A DNA stretch of 35,542 nt from a virus (taxonomy: Duplodnaviria; Caudoviricetes). The stretch is from positions 1-35,542 of IMG/VR virus record IMGVR_UViG_3300032255_000171; one strand, given 5' to 3'. A program made the translations under genes and the position numbers. This document shows positions 16,987 to 26,164 of the stretch, piece by piece (positions within the stretch are counted from its first letter, which is position 1; every line of letters starts with the position of its first letter). The notes beneath the pieces were generated by a model. The model saw nothing but the letters and a program-made list of their open reading frames with translations. It was not told the origin of the DNA and made no database searches.

Positions 16987-17171
16987 GCGGTAATTACAGG
17001 AAATGCTCAATACAAGCTACCAAAGGGTAGACAATAGAGCAAGACCCGATTTAAAAGTGATTTAAATCGCCGTATTTCGAATTTAGTGGGATGACCAGGT
17101 ATGACGGTGGCTAGATCATGGTGCCAACGGCACACGGAGGCTTGTGTGCGGTTTACGGTTTTTCAACCTGG

Positions 17172-17699
17172 TTAGGCGGCGAGTGCTCTTCTGTAATGCT
17201 TATGGACAATAGCCAGAATCTCAGTCCGGTCTCGTGAGGACACCCCCAAATAGGGCCGTGCAGGAATTTGTGAACCAGGGTGTTGCACCACCTTAATCGG
17301 GTTACTGGATCCAGCCCAGAACAGGGCCTTTTTATTCTTGGCGCGAATCTCATGGGCACGGGTTTTACCGCCAAACTGGTGGATGGCGGCATACTTAACA
17401 TTGGTGCCCACTTCAAGCTTCCTGGATGAGGCCCTGTAGATTATTGATCCACGTAGCCGGTTTGATTCAGTGAGGATTTTACGATTTCGCTTTTTGGCAC
17501 GGGTGCTATCCAGAATTTCTGGCCAGGCAAACCCGCTGGGGGCAACCTCATTATCGAAGCGTTCCTCTGTGGCTATTAGCATGTATTCGCCAATATCACT
17601 GAGCATGGTTTCACTATCGCCACCGGCACGCGCCAGATTGTGCATGGCCCTGGTAATGACCTTATCTTTAAATTTCCAGCTGACCTTGAGTACAGGCAT
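17172..17699 (-). CDS. Virion morphogenesis protein (Mu gpG/gp31)
   Basis: IL..S.RL..SI, VGTNVKYAAIHQFGG, IPARPYLG. Confidence 0.92.
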   Translation of the reverse strand: MPVLKVSWKFKDKVITRAMHNLARAGGDSETMLSDIGEYMLIATEERFDNEVAPSGFAWPEILDSTRAKKRNRKILTESNRLRGSIIYRASSRKLEVGTNVKYAAIHQFGGKTRAHEIRAKNKKALFWAGSSNPIKVVQHPGSQIPARPYLGVSSRDRTEILAIVHKHYRRALAA

Positions 17700-17791
17700 G
17701 GTTATAAGTTATTATCTCGTTGTAGGTTGATGTTTGGGCCGCGCCCCTATAAATATTTATCTGTCGACTTCAGCCGGTGAAGTTAGATCCC

Positions 17792-19015
17792 TTATCTTCC
17801 CCACAGTAAAAAACCTCTGCGTTGCTTCTCTAAATAACCTGTTTGTCTTACGGGTATAAATGTCCAGGCTGCTAACATGCCTTTAGCCACGTTCGCAACA
17901 ACCAGTGTGCCCCGGTCTTTGTCATCCAGTTTTACTCTTTTCATGTAACGACTACGCAAAACCACTTTGCCTGTGCCTTTATGTTTTTCGAATGTCATCC
18001 AGACTTCGAAGGGATCTTCTAATGTCTCCTGTAACAGTGGCAGATATTGTGAGCGTTTTACATCGACATGCTTTGCCAGTGCTTCTGCATTCACTAACAC
18101 GTTTTGTTTTTTTGATTGAATGACTTTTTCTTCTGCGCCTAATAATTTTTGTAACGCTTTTGTTACAGCTGCCTGGTCTTTTAACTTGGGGCCTAGTTTG
18201 TTTTTTGGTTTATCGAGTGGAATCCTACCTGGTCGATTGTAAGTTTCAGGGCTACCTTGTGTGAGTGGCTCCCATGCATCACGCCCCTGGGCCCTCCATG
18301 AACTCATTGCATCATCACTGAGTTGTTTGCCCCAGGCGGCATTGCCTGGATTATATGCAAAGCCTGGATCAATTCCTTTTGGCACTTTAACAGTGCGAGG
18401 ATTTGGCCCACGTTTACCGACTGTTTTTTCCTCATACTCAATAGGTGGTGCTTGTTTTGATACCTTCAGGCCCATGCGTTTTACATCACGATCTGAGGCC
18501 ATGAATTTTTTGCACTGACAACCCCAGCCATTTGAAGGCGTCCATGTGTCCCACCAGGGATCATCTAAAGGAAGTACTACGTTATTATTTGCCAGGTGTT
18601 CCGGGCGGGGTACTGCTGAGTCACCATGTTTATATATACCATAGGGTCTAAATTTACGTAACTTTGGATCCTTCATTTGTTTTTCACGACCCGCATTATA
18701 TGCCTGGCGAATGTTAGTATCGTAAATAACTCGTGTGCGCCAACCACGTCCACCTTTGTATGGCCAGCCATGTTTTTTTACAATGCCATCGAAGTCATTG
18801 CGGAAGTCTTCTAGCGTTGTGCCTTCACTAATAGCTTTATCAATTGATTCACGAAAGTCTTTTAATAAATCTTGTTTTGTGGCACCGGCAATTGTAAATG
18901 CGCGGGCATGCATGCCTTCCCAGATGTCTGTCCATGATTGTGTGGGCAGGTTTATTTTTTGACGGAAGAATTTAATTCCTTCATTGAAGGGAAGTGATTG
19001 ATAATTAACTGACAT
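17792..19015 (-). CDS. MuF (gp30) minor head protein with C-terminal PBECR2-like nuclease-fold domain
   Basis: LPF.E.I.FFRQK, AFTIAGA, R.R.IYDTN, PRPEH, P.NGWGC.C, GIDPGFAYNPG; C-terminal DPFEVW...RY...WTFIP...YLEKQRRG.LLW. Confidence 0.88.
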   Translation of the reverse strand: MSVNYQSLPFNEGIKFFRQKINLPTQSWTDIWEGMHARAFTIAGATKQDLLKDFRESIDKAISEGTTLEDFRNDFDGIVKKHGWPYKGGRGWRTRVIYDTNIRQAYNAGREKQMKDPKLRKFRPYGIYKHGDSAVPRPEHLANNNVVLPLDDPWWDTWTPSNGWGCQCKKFMASDRDVKRMGLKVSKQAPPIEYEEKTVGKRGPNPRTVKVPKGIDPGFAYNPGNAAWGKQLSDDAMSSWRAQGRDAWEPLTQGSPETYNRPGRIPLDKPKNKLGPKLKDQAAVTKALQKLLGAEEKVIQSKKQNVLVNAEALAKHVDVKRSQYLPLLQETLEDPFEVWMTFEKHKGTGKVVLRSRYMKRVKLDDKDRGTLVVANVAKGMLAAWTFIPVRQTGYLEKQRRGFLLWGR

Positions 19016-19029
19016 TTTGTGATTCCATG

Positions 19030-19143
19030 TTATCTACTAAAAGCTCTCAGTCCTATAAACCCAATTACAGCTAAAATTATAATCACAAGCGCCACCACAC
19101 TGCCACCTATCCATAAAACCCATTCGGGTATAGTCACTGTCAT
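19030..19143 (-). CDS. 37-aa single-pass membrane microprotein (not in the ORF track)
   Basis: MTVTIPEWVLWIGGSVVALVIIILAVIGFIGLRAFSR*; ATG immediately follows the portal stop, GAAGGT RBS. Confidence 0.6.
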   Translation of the reverse strand: MTVTIPEWVLWIGGSVVALVIIILAVIGFIGLRAFSR

Positions 19144-20709
19144 TTAATTACCTTCGTTAACTTCATAACGCCCAGACAGTTCAGCGGCTGTTAATGCTTT
19201 TTGTAAAATATCAGCCTGGGTGGTTTCATCCATATCCTCAAATATATCGAGTAGACCATCACGAATTGCCGTAAGACTTTCAGCTTGCATCACTAATTCA
19301 CGCACGGGTTCAATTAAAGCATTCATACTTTCAATTGTTGCTTCATCTAATTGGCTTGCGTAATGATCGGCCACATCTTTTTGCTGTTCAGTTTTTAATG
19401 CAGCTGTTGCACAGTGTTGACAATGATGTTGTGTGGATAATGCAGCAGGCGTAGCGGATGTTCGTTCGAGTACTTCTTCACCGTCTACGGCTTCTGGTAT
19501 GCGCAGTTTTTTATGCACATAACGTGTTGGTATTTTCATGCCAGCATTAACCAGCTCGGGGATGGATTCAGAATATAATTTAAGATCTTCTGCTTCATAG
19601 GCGTCAAATACAAAACGTGGACAGCGACGAATTGATTCAATGCCCTTGGCATTAAGCGCAAGTAATGGATAAACCAGATCGCGAGTTAATGAAGATCCAA
19701 TTTGTACGGCATCGGATTTCATCAGGTCGTGTCGCACTTCATTGTGCACATCACCAAGGTTAGATCCAAGGCCAGTTGATTCTGCAGTACTTGTTAGCGT
19801 GCCGCCAAGAATGGCTTTGCTTTGTGTGCGCTCACACCAGTCGATCATGGCCTCGTATGGATCCTTGCTGCCTTTTGCAGCTTCCTTAAAGTCGATGGCC
19901 ATTCCCTGGGGAATAATACCTGCAGCAGCATGACCAATGTTAACGACCGCACGAAGTAGTGTTGCCTTTTCCTGTTCGGATGCTCCGGTTGGATATTCAC
20001 CCAGGCGCATAGGCAGCCCATAGATTTCAAGGAACTCGGCCAGATCACGCACGCTGTAATTCTTAAACAGGAACGGCCAACACAATACGCGATGCAGACC
20101 GGCACGGCTTATATAACCTGATTTTGATTTGTGTACATGCGAGATCCATGTAAAGGGTTGTAAGTCTTCATCTTTGCCCTGGTTACGTAGTTGCAGTTTA
20201 TTTCTGGTTTCTTTGTCTACAGTAAACCAGGAGGCAGGCCGATGAATAATATCTTTAGGCGACCAGTAACCTTCAACACGATGCCAGCCATCAAATTCTA
20301 AATTGGAATAGCCTTTACCAATGGCATCGCCCATATCCAGAATGACATCTTCAAAGTTAGGGATGTCCTGGATAAGTTCTTTTGCCAGAGCTGCAGCGTT
20401 TTCTTCTTCCTTGCTGGCATTACGTGGTGGAACAATATCCCAATCTAACCCTAATAAAGCACGCTTACGTTTTCCCAGCTCGGCATGAATGTGGCCGTCT
20501 TTTTCTTCCATGTCTTCGAACAGTTCATTTTGAGCAATGAGATCACCTTGTTCAGCCCGTTCTAAAATACTGGCCAGGCGTGCGGGTGTTAAGCCACGCG
20601 ATGGGTGATTTGCAAATTCCTGGTGAAGGCTGGCAACCTTGGCTGTTTGCGGTTCGTCGAGCTGCTCACGGTTTATAAGAGCACCATGTTGATCGAGTAT
20701 GGCTACCAT
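19144..20709 (-). CDS. Portal protein (Mu gp29, DUF935)
   Basis: HPSRGLTPARL, LFEDMEEKDGH, AEFLEIYGLP.RLG, SKAILGGTLT, VHNEVRHD. Confidence 0.96.
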   Translation of the reverse strand: MVAILDQHGALINREQLDEPQTAKVASLHQEFANHPSRGLTPARLASILERAEQGDLIAQNELFEDMEEKDGHIHAELGKRKRALLGLDWDIVPPRNASKEEENAAALAKELIQDIPNFEDVILDMGDAIGKGYSNLEFDGWHRVEGYWSPKDIIHRPASWFTVDKETRNKLQLRNQGKDEDLQPFTWISHVHKSKSGYISRAGLHRVLCWPFLFKNYSVRDLAEFLEIYGLPMRLGEYPTGASEQEKATLLRAVVNIGHAAAGIIPQGMAIDFKEAAKGSKDPYEAMIDWCERTQSKAILGGTLTSTAESTGLGSNLGDVHNEVRHDLMKSDAVQIGSSLTRDLVYPLLALNAKGIESIRRCPRFVFDAYEAEDLKLYSESIPELVNAGMKIPTRYVHKKLRIPEAVDGEEVLERTSATPAALSTQHHCQHCATAALKTEQQKDVADHYASQLDEATIESMNALIEPVRELVMQAESLTAIRDGLLDIFEDMDETTQADILQKALTAAELSGRYEVNEGN

Positions 20710-22340
20710 GCGACTTTACCTCCTGGGGCATAATCATTGTCATCATCAGGATCAGCATCCCAACGACTGGATTTATTGGGTGCCGCTGTGAATTCAATCG
20801 GCACAACATCTGAAATGCTGGCAATGTATGCTAGTGCAATTGCGATTGCACTATCACCATGACGTTTGAATTCTGAATTTTTCGTGTCTTTGGTTCTGAG
20901 TTTTGGCAGTTTAATAATGCCGTCGATTAATTGCAGGGCACGAATATCATTTTTAATATCGGCATCTTTTGGCAGATCAAGCTGCTGATCTTCAAACGCG
21001 CCCTGAAACTTAACCATATTGGTTCGATACCAGGCATCGTTTAATTTGATCTGGTCAATTAAGTTATGACCAAATTTATCAGCCGTGTATTCGGCCAGGG
21101 TTTCACCATTACCCGTCGCATCCATTGCACCGGCATAAAACTTTGGCAGGTTCTCAATAATGTGGTAAAGGATTTGTTCCTGTTGTTTGGTGGGCACGTT
21201 TTTTAATTCAACTATAAAAGGCACTTTGCGCATTAGATTCCTTTCAATCGACATGGGTGCGATCACAGAGAAGTCGCCATGCCTGGCAAAGTCTTCGCCA
21301 TATACGTGCTGTAAATCTGGATTAAGAGTCTTTAAAACAGGATCTAAATTGACTTTAATCCAGGCATCACACCACGACTCACGATCCTCAACGGATCGCA
21401 ATGCAAACTCATCATCTAGCGATAAACGAATGACAGGGCGCTCTTCATGCATACAGTTTTCAATCAGCATGCCAGGTATGGCTACGCCGTTGCCTTCCAT
21501 TGGTACGCCATCCAGTTCCTGTTTCATGGCGGCCTTACGCGCACCATAAGCACCACGCACTTTTTTATACCAGGCTTCTTTACCTTCAGCTGTGGCGTCC
21601 CAGCCTTTTACAAAACACACACGCTCATATAAACCATTGGCCACGGCATCATCAAAGAACACCTGGTAAACCTTAAAGTCATACAATCCTTTTAATGAAT
21701 CTTTTACTAATTCATTGAATGCATTATTGGCACCGTTGTGGGTAGAGATAATGCGGATCTTGCCGCCCCAGATTATCAGTGCCAGGCAAGCTTCGATGAC
21801 TGTGCCCACGTTTTGATGGAAAGCGGCCTCATCAATAACCACAATACCCTGCAGGCCACGAATGTTTGCAGGGTTACTGGACAGCACCACAATTTGAAAA
21901 CCGGACGCATAACGAATGCGATATCCGGTAATGTGTTTACTGCTGCCATCTTCCTGTTGATCTTCAAATAAAAAGACTTCGATGCCACTCCAGCCATCGG
22001 CCATTGCCATTGCCATCACTTTGGCCATGTGGGCACAGTAACCAATAAACTCTAAACCTTTGTCTTTGGTGTCACCTACATAATAAACATTGTCACCACC
22101 GGCTTCTTTCTTACTGGCAGCGGTTATGGATGAATCCAGGGCAGTGGCATAAGTGACACCGGTACGCCTGCCTTTTTCGGCAATGGTTAAATCTTCCTTT
22201 GCACATAAAGCCAGCCATTCTTTTTGGTGTTTCATTAACACGCCATCGGCTAATGGATTTTGTGTGTCGGGAATTTCCCGAACAGAGGCGGGTAGCTCTG
22301 CCCAGGAGAGGACGCGAATTACATCGCCTAGCGTACTCAT
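20703..22340 (-). CDS. Terminase large subunit (Mu gp28)
   Basis: EKGRRTGVT, LSSNPANIRGLQG.VVIDEAAFH, ISTHNG, DFARHGD, DATGNG, HGDSAIA. Confidence 0.96.
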   Translation of the reverse strand: MSTLGDVIRVLSWAELPASVREIPDTQNPLADGVLMKHQKEWLALCAKEDLTIAEKGRRTGVTYATALDSSITAASKKEAGGDNVYYVGDTKDKGLEFIGYCAHMAKVMAMAMADGWSGIEVFLFEDQQEDGSSKHITGYRIRYASGFQIVVLSSNPANIRGLQGIVVIDEAAFHQNVGTVIEACLALIIWGGKIRIISTHNGANNAFNELVKDSLKGLYDFKVYQVFFDDAVANGLYERVCFVKGWDATAEGKEAWYKKVRGAYGARKAAMKQELDGVPMEGNGVAIPGMLIENCMHEERPVIRLSLDDEFALRSVEDRESWCDAWIKVNLDPVLKTLNPDLQHVYGEDFARHGDFSVIAPMSIERNLMRKVPFIVELKNVPTKQQEQILYHIIENLPKFYAGAMDATGNGETLAEYTADKFGHNLIDQIKLNDAWYRTNMVKFQGAFEDQQLDLPKDADIKNDIRALQLIDGIIKLPKLRTKDTKNSEFKRHGDSAIAIALAYIASISDVVPIEFTAAPNKSSRWDADPDDDNDYAPGGKVAW

Positions 22341-22471
22341 GACTTGCCCATGCAGTAATTAAAAAACAGCACAGCACCGATGCAATAAACCCATGACCAA
22401 AGTGGGCCACCTGTTGCAATAACAACAAGTGACCCAACCATAGAGATATTGAAACGTTCAACGTCATTCAT
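22337..22471 (-). CDS. 44-aa hydrophobic microprotein between terminase subunits (not in the ORF track)
   Basis: MNDVERFNISMVGSLVVIATGGPLWSWVYCIGAVLFFNYCMGKS*; TGATG overlap upstream and ATGA overlap with the large terminase. Confidence 0.65.
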   Translation of the reverse strand: MNDVERFNISMVGSLVVIATGGPLWSWVYCIGAVLFFNYCMGKS

Positions 22472-23337
22472 CACTTAATGCCTAGCACCTGCTCACGCCA
22501 GAACTGCGCCTGTTCTTTTGTTAAACCTTTTTGCTCTATCGCTGCTTTCTCTACAACATCGGCAGCTTCACTTAATGCAGCCATCCGTGCTTCCTGCACA
22601 AGCTTAAACTTACGGGTGTTGATGTCTGAACGATTGAGTGAGGCAATTGAGCGAACTAACTCAGGCAGTTTTATATCCTCGTTGTATTTCGCCTCACGCA
22701 TAACGGTCATTAACTCTTGCTGAGCCAATGCAGTCAGTGTGGTGTTCATGGCAGCACCATCATCACCCACCACTTCAGCAAAAGCTTTTGCCATTTCAAT
22801 GGACTGCCTTAGTTCTTTCTGTTCTTCTTTAAACTTTTTGCCATAGCGACCGAGCGCTGATTTTGAAACTTCATAACCTTGTTGCTCAAGTAAGCTTTCA
22901 AGTTCAAGGTAGCCTGTGAACTGTCGGCGTACCAGCTCCTGATCCAGCCAGGCTTTAACTTCTGTGGGCAACCTGATGACAGATGAAACCCGTCCACCTG
23001 CTTTAAATTGATTGGCTGGCAATGGCTTATCGGCTGGGTGGTAAATTTCCAGATTGGCGCTGTCTGCGGACTGTGATTCTTCCTGTAAAAATGTAAGGCC
23101 AATATCAGTAATATTTCCCGCCATCCAGTCACTGCCATCAACCGTGATGATTTCAACAAGCCCATGCTCTCCTAAATACATTAAAGATTGACGTACACGT
23201 TCTATGGTGGGCGATAGCTCCGTATCCATTCGAACAGAATTGAGTATCGCTACTTCACCCATAGGGCTGGGTGTGACACGCTGAAGTGTTTGAAGCACTC
23301 GTAAACGGCGTAAATTATTTTTATCTTTCATTATCAT
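22471..23337 (-). CDS. Fusion of Mu gp26-like winged helix and gp27-like (DUF3486) small terminase
   Basis: N-terminal RRLRVLQTL...L.YL.EHGLV...ITDIG; C-terminal GRVSSV.RLP.EVK.WLD...GYEVSKSALGRYG...R.QVLGI. Confidence 0.8.
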   Translation of the reverse strand: MIMKDKNNLRRLRVLQTLQRVTPSPMGEVAILNSVRMDTELSPTIERVRQSLMYLGEHGLVEIITVDGSDWMAGNITDIGLTFLQEESQSADSANLEIYHPADKPLPANQFKAGGRVSSVIRLPTEVKAWLDQELVRRQFTGYLELESLLEQQGYEVSKSALGRYGKKFKEEQKELRQSIEMAKAFAEVVGDDGAAMNTTLTALAQQELMTVMREAKYNEDIKLPELVRSIASLNRSDINTRKFKLVQEARMAALSEAADVVEKAAIEQKGLTKEQAQFWREQVLGIK

Positions 23338-23704
23338 CCTCTTGATTTGTCACTCTTCCATTGTGGGCACCGATTAATTGATTCAGGTCTTTTGCCATTT
23401 GGTTGATGCTCTTATACATAGAAGTCAATATCGTTCCATGTTCGTCCATTTTCTTCTCGAGATGATCATGTCTTACAAAATCTCTCTGTATTTCTTCGCG
23501 TGTTTTTGAAAGTAATGTTCCATTTGTTTTTATATCATTGGCATTGATTTTTATTTTTTCAGCATGATCTTTAAATCTGCCATTAACTATTGACTGATGC
23601 TTGTCTAACAAATACTTAATAACCCCAGCAACGGCAACAACGATTACAACCACAAGGCCGATTAGTTTTAGAACATCTTCTGCACTCACCGTTTTTTCTC
23701 CCAC
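23321..23704 (-). CDS. Mu gp25-position membrane-anchored coiled-coil protein
   Basis: N-terminal TM helix, coiled coil with ..RDFVR.D; synteny. Confidence 0.7.
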   Translation of the reverse strand: MGEKTVSAEDVLKLIGLVVVIVVAVAGVIKYLLDKHQSIVNGRFKDHAEKIKINANDIKTNGTLLSKTREEIQRDFVRHDHLEKKMDEHGTILTSMYKSINQMAKDLNQLIGAHNGRVTNQEDDNER

Positions 23705-23913
23705 ACTTCCTTACAATCAACACACCTGCATGCATCCGGCTTTATTGCCAGGCGTTCTTTTGGAATTGGGTCGTAACAATCAATACAAACAATCTCATTA
23801 CTGACTGTTAGCTGTGACTCACCCCAGCCATGATCAGGTTCAGAAAGCGCGTTATCTATCGCACGTTGTCGTTGCTGCATTTCTAATTGCTTAGCGCGAT
23901 CTGCATCATCCAT
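23686..23913 (-). CDS. TraR/DksA C4 zinc-finger protein
   Basis: MDDADRA, CIDC.DPIP.ERL...P...RCVDC. Confidence 0.92.
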   Translation of the reverse strand: MDDADRAKQLEMQQRQRAIDNALSEPDHGWGESQLTVSNEIVCIDCYDPIPKERLAIKPDACRCVDCKEVWEKKR

Positions 23914-24165
23914 TTATTTACTCTTATGTGTATTCAATATTGTTGTTTCTAATTTTTCACAGTACTGGCGTCGTTCACGATCCCGCTCTTCAACACGAGC
24001 AAAGACATCTTTATCCAGGCAAGATAGTTCCTCATTATTTACAGCGGGAAGAAAAGGCCGTTCTGGTAAAGGTAGCGGCTCAGAAACATAGACTATGTCA
24101 GAACAACTACTACCAGTTGTTATCAAGATGATCGCGATTGCCGTCATCAATACTTTGTTTTGCAT
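23914..24165 (-). CDS. Putative o-spanin lipoprotein
   Basis: AGGA RBS; short hydrophobic signal ending at Cys, Pro-rich segment; overlaps the i-spanin candidate. Confidence 0.7.
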   Translation of the reverse strand: MQNKVLMTAIAIILITTGSSCSDIVYVSEPLPLPERPFLPAVNNEELSCLDKDVFARVEERDRERRQYCEKLETTILNTHKSK

Positions 24166-24358
24166 CTTTTGTTTCCTGATAATGTTTCTGTTGTAATTCA
24201 GCCTGCGCGTCATCAATACGATGCCGGGTATCGTTAACCGCTTGTGCCTGGTCGGCGCGTTGTTTATATTTTTCGACTTTGGCTTTTAATGACTTGCCTC
24301 TGAATATGAGTGCAATAAAACTGGCAGCAGTAAGTAGATAACCGAGTAATTTATTCAT
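24110..24358 (-). CDS. Putative i-spanin
   Basis: N-terminal TM, coiled coil, C-terminal RDHLDNNW; lysis cassette position. Confidence 0.7.
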   Translation of the reverse strand: MNKLLGYLLTAASFIALIFRGKSLKAKVEKYKQRADQAQAVNDTRHRIDDAQAELQQKHYQETKDAKQSIDDGNRDHLDNNW

Positions 24359-24584
24359 CTAATGATTTCGCTTTATGTTCGCGCGCAACCCAGATACCCA
24401 GCACACCAGTTATTGCGATACCAAAATCCATTACATTCATTGCAGGCATCTTGCCGAGAACGGGTAACTCAATTTCTGCAAAAAAGAATTTAAAGACGAT
24501 AGGGAAAAAAGCCGCACAAACAAAAAACAATGTTTTGCTTTCCTTGCCTCGACTGTCACAGATAGTTAGTTTTGGTAATTCCAT
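24351..24584 (-). CDS. Putative holin
   Basis: 77 aa, two hydrophobic segments, charged C-terminus, directly after the endolysin. Confidence 0.6.
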   Translation of the reverse strand: MELPKLTICDSRGKESKTLFFVCAAFFPIVFKFFFAEIELPVLGKMPAMNVMDFGIAITGVLGIWVAREHKAKSLDE

Positions 24585-25093
24585 CAGGCCGCCATCCTTT
24601 GCGCTTCATTTATATGCAATAACCCTTGTATATATATTGTTTTTTGTTTACGCATCCTTCGTTTAGGTGACTTGAATGCAGTCAGGCTTTGCTTTCTTGG
24701 TGTTTTATTGATCTGAGACAAACCAATATGAGTCCAACGACCAAACTCGTGGATAACCTGGTCATAATTTTTAATGAACATTTGAATCCATTTACAAACC
24801 TCCAGTGGCGTGTAACCGGCAACGGTAATATCTGCGGCCAAACCCAATACATGAGCAGACGTGTCGCTACCACCAATAAGCTTGTTTACATTGACTGGCC
24901 TATAGCCGCTTGAGATAGTGACAGAGCCAAGGGCATCCCGCAGGTGTTGCAGGACATCGACGCATAATCGTTTCAGGTTATAAAAAACTTCTGAGTCTGG
25001 AACAACCTCAATTTCAATGCCATGACGCGCTGCTGTTTGCGACAGCGTAAACTCATCGAGATAGAAGTTTTTGGATAATTGAATTCGGCTCAT
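24584..25093 (-). CDS. Endolysin, peptidase M15 family
   Basis: LSKNF.L.EF..S.TA, ISSGYR, SAH..GLAADI, DQVIHEF..W.HIG. Confidence 0.92.
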   Translation of the reverse strand: MSRIQLSKNFYLDEFTLSQTAARHGIEIEVVPDSEVFYNLKRLCVDVLQHLRDALGSVTISSGYRPVNVNKLIGGSDTSAHVLGLAADITVAGYTPLEVCKWIQMFIKNYDQVIHEFGRWTHIGLSQINKTPRKQSLTAFKSPKRRMRKQKTIYIQGLLHINEAQRMAA

Positions 25094-25148
25094 GCCGCCA
25101 TATTAGGCGGTAGGGCGCAACAGAATTAGACTGAAGTGCTTCAGTGGG
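25093..25148 (-). promoter_or_regulatory. Late promoter (P-lys equivalent) with activator-binding palindrome
   Basis: TGAAGTGCTTCA at 25132-25143; -10 TAATAT 6 nt before ATG 25093. Confidence 0.75.
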
Positions 25149-25226
25149 TTGGTATCTTGTAGATATTATTAGCTTATCCGTTTATTATTGGCTAGGCAAA
25201 TTTTGTTATTTATGGAGTAACAAGCT

Positions 25227-25745
25227 ATGGCGTTAGAAAAATGCAAAGAATGTGACCACGAAGTTAGTAAAAAAGCAAAAGAATGCCCTAATTGTGGCGC
25301 ACCTGTAGGTGCTAAACAATATAGCTTGGGTTCATTAATAATCTTAATTATATTTGGTTGGTTTATGTATTCGCTTTTATCAACCGATTACATATCAGAA
25401 TCTACAAATAGTAATAGTGTTGCATCAACAAAAGCATCTGAACCTCAGCTTGAGGTTTTGTCATGGAAATGCGATACCGAGCATAGTTATATTTTTGTTC
25501 GAGGAGAAGTAAAAAACATATCTAGCAAAAAGTTAAAAAATGTAGTTGCAGTTGGTGAGTTTAGGAATAAAGCTGGTGAGCTTGTAAAGACTGAAGATGC
25601 TCTTCTTGAATATAACCCAATAATGCCAGGTCAAACATCACCATTTAAAGCGGGTGGCACTAGCAATCCACAAATTGAAAATTGCAATATTTCTTTTAAG
25701 TATTTATTTGGTACTCCAGTTGCTTATATAGTTAAGAAAAAATGA
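25227..25745 (+). CDS. Moron: zinc-ribbon + TM + FxLYD-like exported domain
   Basis: CKEC...CPNCG, TM helix, V.GEVKN...F.NK.G..V...I.PGQTSPF; GGAG RBS; opposite strand and AT-rich. Confidence 0.8.
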   Translation: MALEKCKECDHEVSKKAKECPNCGAPVGAKQYSLGSLIILIIFGWFMYSLLSTDYISESTNSNSVASTKASEPQLEVLSWKCDTEHSYIFVRGEVKNISSKKLKNVVAVGEFRNKAGELVKTEDALLEYNPIMPGQTSPFKAGGTSNPQIENCNISFKYLFGTPVAYIVKKK

Positions 25746-25753
25746 ACTCTAAA

Positions 25754-26164
25754 TCAAAACAACTCAGCCTGCCGATCATCAATATCATCACTACGACCAA
25801 TAATTGTCCATACCTGCCTTTCAGTTAAACCATAGTCAGGAGCCAGTAGCCTGGCTGACTTACCGCGCATATGCCGCCCCCTAATTTCATCATCACGAAT
25901 AGCACGTAATGCATCTACGGCTCGGGGTACACAAATATATTCCCCGCCATAATGTTCAGATAACATCCTCGCTTCTTTAAACCCAAGCCTTTGGGCCAGC
26001 TGGTGTTCGGGCTTCATTTTCTCTGGAATATACAGTTGCTGAATGCCGCCCCAGAATTTAACTAAAATTAAGGCCTTATGCAGGCCAATCAACTCTACTT
26101 TTTCACGCAGTGATTCAGGCAAGTATTGCTCGTAGGCTGTGGCTTGTGTGATATCGATTGTCAT
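25754..26164 (-). CDS. Mor/C-family transcription activator
   Basis: LPESL...ELIG...L.LV..WGG..LYIP, RD.EI...LA..YGLTERQVW.I. Confidence 0.88.
   Translation of the reverse strand: MTIDITQATAYEQYLPESLREKVELIGLHKALILVKFWGGIQQLYIPEKMKPEHQLAQRLGFKEARMLSEHYGGEYICVPRAVDALRAIRDDEIRGRHMRGKSARLLAPDYGLTERQVWTIIGRSDDIDDRQAELF

Noticed and set aside
17048-17068. GATTTAAA/TTTAAATC inverted repeat as a terminator
   Set aside because: AT-only stem without a clear U-tract; too weak to call.
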